Below, one piece after another: positions 60,951-64,000 of a stretch of 64,000 nt of DNA. The notes below the pieces were generated by a model that was given only the letters and a program-made list of their open reading frames with translations, did no database searches and had not been told where the DNA came from. The position numbers and the translations under genes were made by a program. Numbering within the stretch: the first letter of the stretch is position 1; each line of letters starts with the position of its first letter. Source of the DNA: Tubulanus polymorphus (taxonomy: Eukaryota > Animalia > Nemertea); NCBI RefSeq assembly GCF_964204645.1, contig NC_134029.1, forward strand, positions 17,230,950-17,294,949. The letters run 5' to 3'.

Positions 60951-62301
60951 GCACAGCCAACAGCAGTGACAGTACATTGATTCTCCAGCTACTCGGTACA
61001 GAAATAACGCCATACAGCCGAACATGCCAACAGTAGTTTCCATAAGGAATCTGAGACACTTTATCTATACACGACTCTCGTAAAGATGGCGACACCGATC
61101 GATAATTTAGCCGTGACGTCATACGGTGAAAAATACTTCCGTGTTATAATGGCGCTCGTTTCAAATATTGTACAAGTAATCAGGAGAAACATTTCGTTGT
61201 TTATCATCATTAAAGCACTCAAATCATGCATGTAAACGAATGAGAGAATCGTGAGTTTGTGCTGTTGTCCTGGCCTCAGTCCACAGGTGCCAGCACCTCC
61301 AGTAATTTTCAAAATGGCAGCTGTTGACTGGACGGAAATTTACTCTCACTTTACGGCCGATATGCACATGGATTAAGATCGTCAGGTGAGGTGTTATAGG
61401 TATCAGACAAACTACGAATCTGTTGTGCGTCGATTACAGCAAAAATTAGACGGATATCTTAAGAGACAATGAAATGCCAGGCAAATTACTCGTCAGTCAA
61501 ATTGGCTGACGAAGATTTCATACAAAAATGACCTTCCCATTCCTGACTGTGGTTTGTGAAAATATCCGATCGTGAAACTAAACCACAGACAGGTTACTGA
61601 CTAGGCCGGGCCCGGGTCGTCAGTTAGGCCGAGTCAGAGAGACAGAGTCAGTCTGAGACTGATCTATTTAGAAATCCGCGCTTGGTTGTGACGGCCTCAT
61701 TTTATGACCTAGACTGGATTAATATTTAGAATCCTGAATTACATATAACATTATAGGCCTGCAGGCGTATTGTAGGTCTAATTAATACCTCTATACTTTT
61801 GAATCCTGAATTTCATCGACAGTCAGAGAGTCATCGTAACATGAATCATCACATAAATCAATATACCCACTTCACTTTTTAGGGGATGCTGCTTCTAGCA
61901 CAGCTGATCATGGATATGCTGCGGCCAGCACACTTGTTGGTAATGGTAGGCCTACAGCTGACGTCTACGATCTAGGTTACGACAATTTCTGCACGTGCAA
62001 TGAGGTAGGCCTTTAAGACCAAAAATTAAAAGATAGCTTATTCTTTATTTTCCTGGCTAATTCAACTACCAACATTCATTCGACTGTATTTTGGATGTAT
62101 CTGTATTTTTACATGAAATAATAATTGGTAAATTGTGATAAATTTTCACCGCAGCCTAAATTTCTTTGTGATTGTCCAGAGATAGTAATGATGTATACTA
62201 CTAGTGTACCGGTCCTATTTTGCATGTAGTTTTAATGGCCAAAAATGTACCCCTCGCCTTGTAGTTAATTCAAGTGACTGAACAGAATTTTTCGATTTTA
62301 G

Positions 62302-64000
62302 TTAACGGCCAGTGATATACCAGGAGCGCTCCTACAGAAACCAGCTAAGGACTGCAAGAAGGGTGAACTTCAATTCTGGTTGAAATGTCGTAATCTGAAG
62401 TACAGAGCTGCTGACACAAAAGCTGTCTTGGTGAATAGGTACTGAATTCAATTTTATGTTGTTTATGTTAAGTTTAATTTTTAATAAACTATATTGATTT
62501 ATTTAAAGTCGTATTTTACTGTCGAACTCTACGGAGTTACCAGGATTTCCAGTCCTCCTTTTCTTTCGCAGAACTTCGTGAACTACAGGATGACTGCAAA
62601 TGTTTCATTTTTTAGGTTTGAATTTAGATTTTCATGCAGGAACATAGGCCCTACACTTTCACGGGTCATTTTAGATACACATTGCACATTTTAGACAGTA
62701 CACATTGCACACCTTAGAAACTGCACATTTTAGAAATGCACATTGCACATTTTCATTTCTAGGGTCGAAGAAAATACGAAGATCTCGCATAAGATTGTAG
62801 ACCCTGACCCTCATAAGTGCTACTCCAATTTGAAGAAATCGAAGTGCACCTCCTGCAGTAGTAGCACTAATCCAAGAAACTTTACTAATACTAGCAGTAA
62901 TATCAATACATTTAGTTCCATCAGAGAATGGGGAAACTCTGTTGTAAATATTCCAAACATATCATATGTTACGATCAGACAACACGTAGAGACATCAGGA
63001 AGGAGGATTACAGGAAGTACATATATTGAAAAGACCTTACACAAAGGATATAAGTTTTTCTACGAGAACTATATTCATAATGTATTTTCTGCTCGGGATA
63101 ATGAAAAGAATTTGTGCTTGATTAAATGTCAGAGTTTTAGATCTCAAAAGAAAAATGAAGAGCCCCACAGATTACAGTGTACATTAAACGATACTGGGTT
63201 TGTAGCAAATGCAACATGTTCTTGTGTAGCTGGGCTTAATGGTCATTATAACCATATTGTTGGTTTACTTTTCTATCTAAACCATTGCAAGTTTATGGAA
63301 CTGAAGGAGTTCCCAAAACCTGGAACTTGTACTGACGAACCCCAGCAGTGGCATAGACCAAGAACAGCTGGTGTCAATGCTGAGCCTATCATGGGGTATT
63401 GTGTGCTAAAACCTGAGTATGAAAAACAAAAAAAAGGAGTGAGCAGTACACTTTATGATGCTAGAGGCCTAGCAATTAGGAGCAATGATGGTGCTCAACT
63501 ACTTTTAGAGGAAATGAAAAAACTAAATCCTTGTAAAAACCTCAATCTCAAATCGGTTGGAAAGGTTCGAACAAGAATGGGCTTTGAAACTCCAGTTGGG
63601 TCTACATTAGCACACCAATTAGCAATTACTGAAGGGGACATGACTGTATACTGCAGTCTGGAATTGGAAGCAGACAAATATTACCCATATACCAAGCAAA
63701 CATTTCCAGATTTACCGTTATCAAACCCAGATGGAAAACTTAGATGTAATTTTGTGTTGCCAGATATTTTGATACACGAATTAGAACCGAAAATTACCAA
63801 TTTCCAACTGACTTTGGATCAGTGCATTAGCTTAGAAAAATCTACAGTTGGACAAAATTCAAACCCCCTTTGGTCAGATGCAAGAAAAGGATTGATTAAT
63901 AGCAGTAATTTCGGTAGAATTCTTAGAAGAAAATCATATTCCGTAGATTTTGCCAAGTCCCTTATGGTGAAAAAAGATCTATCTCATGTTCCAGCCATAA
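62302..64000 (+). CDS. Spliced SAP + SWIM + YqaJ/lambda-exonuclease-like protein (Kolobok KolX-like), partial; exons 62302-62438 and 62763 to beyond 64000
   Basis: DIPGALL...ELQFWLKCRNL...KAVLVNR (SAP), then a phase-2 GT-AG intron, then CSCVAGLNGHYNHIVGLLF (SWIM-like), TCTDEPQQWHRPR and LEKSTVGQNSNPLW..ARKGLINSSNFG. The frame is open to the window end. Confidence 0.78.

Noticed and set aside
61000-61050. Possible THAP start (NYC-GMFGC) divergent from the Kolobok-like gene
   Set aside because: It needs a frameshift and no downstream THAP motifs are visible.

Overview
AT-rich animal genomic DNA, probably a marine invertebrate (spliceosomal introns, intronless peptide-receptor-like GPCRs), that is almost entirely mobile DNA. 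The first half holds three related, decaying copies of one Polinton/Maverick-type endogenous virus. Copy A (1-5850) is partial and inverted and carries an HNH nuclease. Copy B (about 5851-22465) is near complete, with integrase, packaging ATPase, major and minor capsid, several membrane proteins, and a pPolB broken by a Penelope insertion. Copy C (about 29215-33755) is a fragment. The element has no recognisable adenain protease and no RNA polymerase. Its genes start at two distinct poxvirus-like TAAATG promoter classes, and its end carries a 400-bp palindrome with a GNA mini-hairpin core, which suggests a virophage-like, possibly membrane-containing polintovirus. The rest of the window contains a GPCR gene and a GPCR pseudogene, a spliced pseudogene for a secreted APETx/BDS-like cysteine-rich peptide that the ORF track misses, a young BEL/Pao element nested in a long-TIR MULE-like element, a truncated LINE, Harbinger, hAT and Helentron-like non-autonomous elements, and a spliced SAP-SWIM-YqaJ (Kolobok-like) gene that runs off the right end. 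All calls come from reading motifs by eye; no searches were run.
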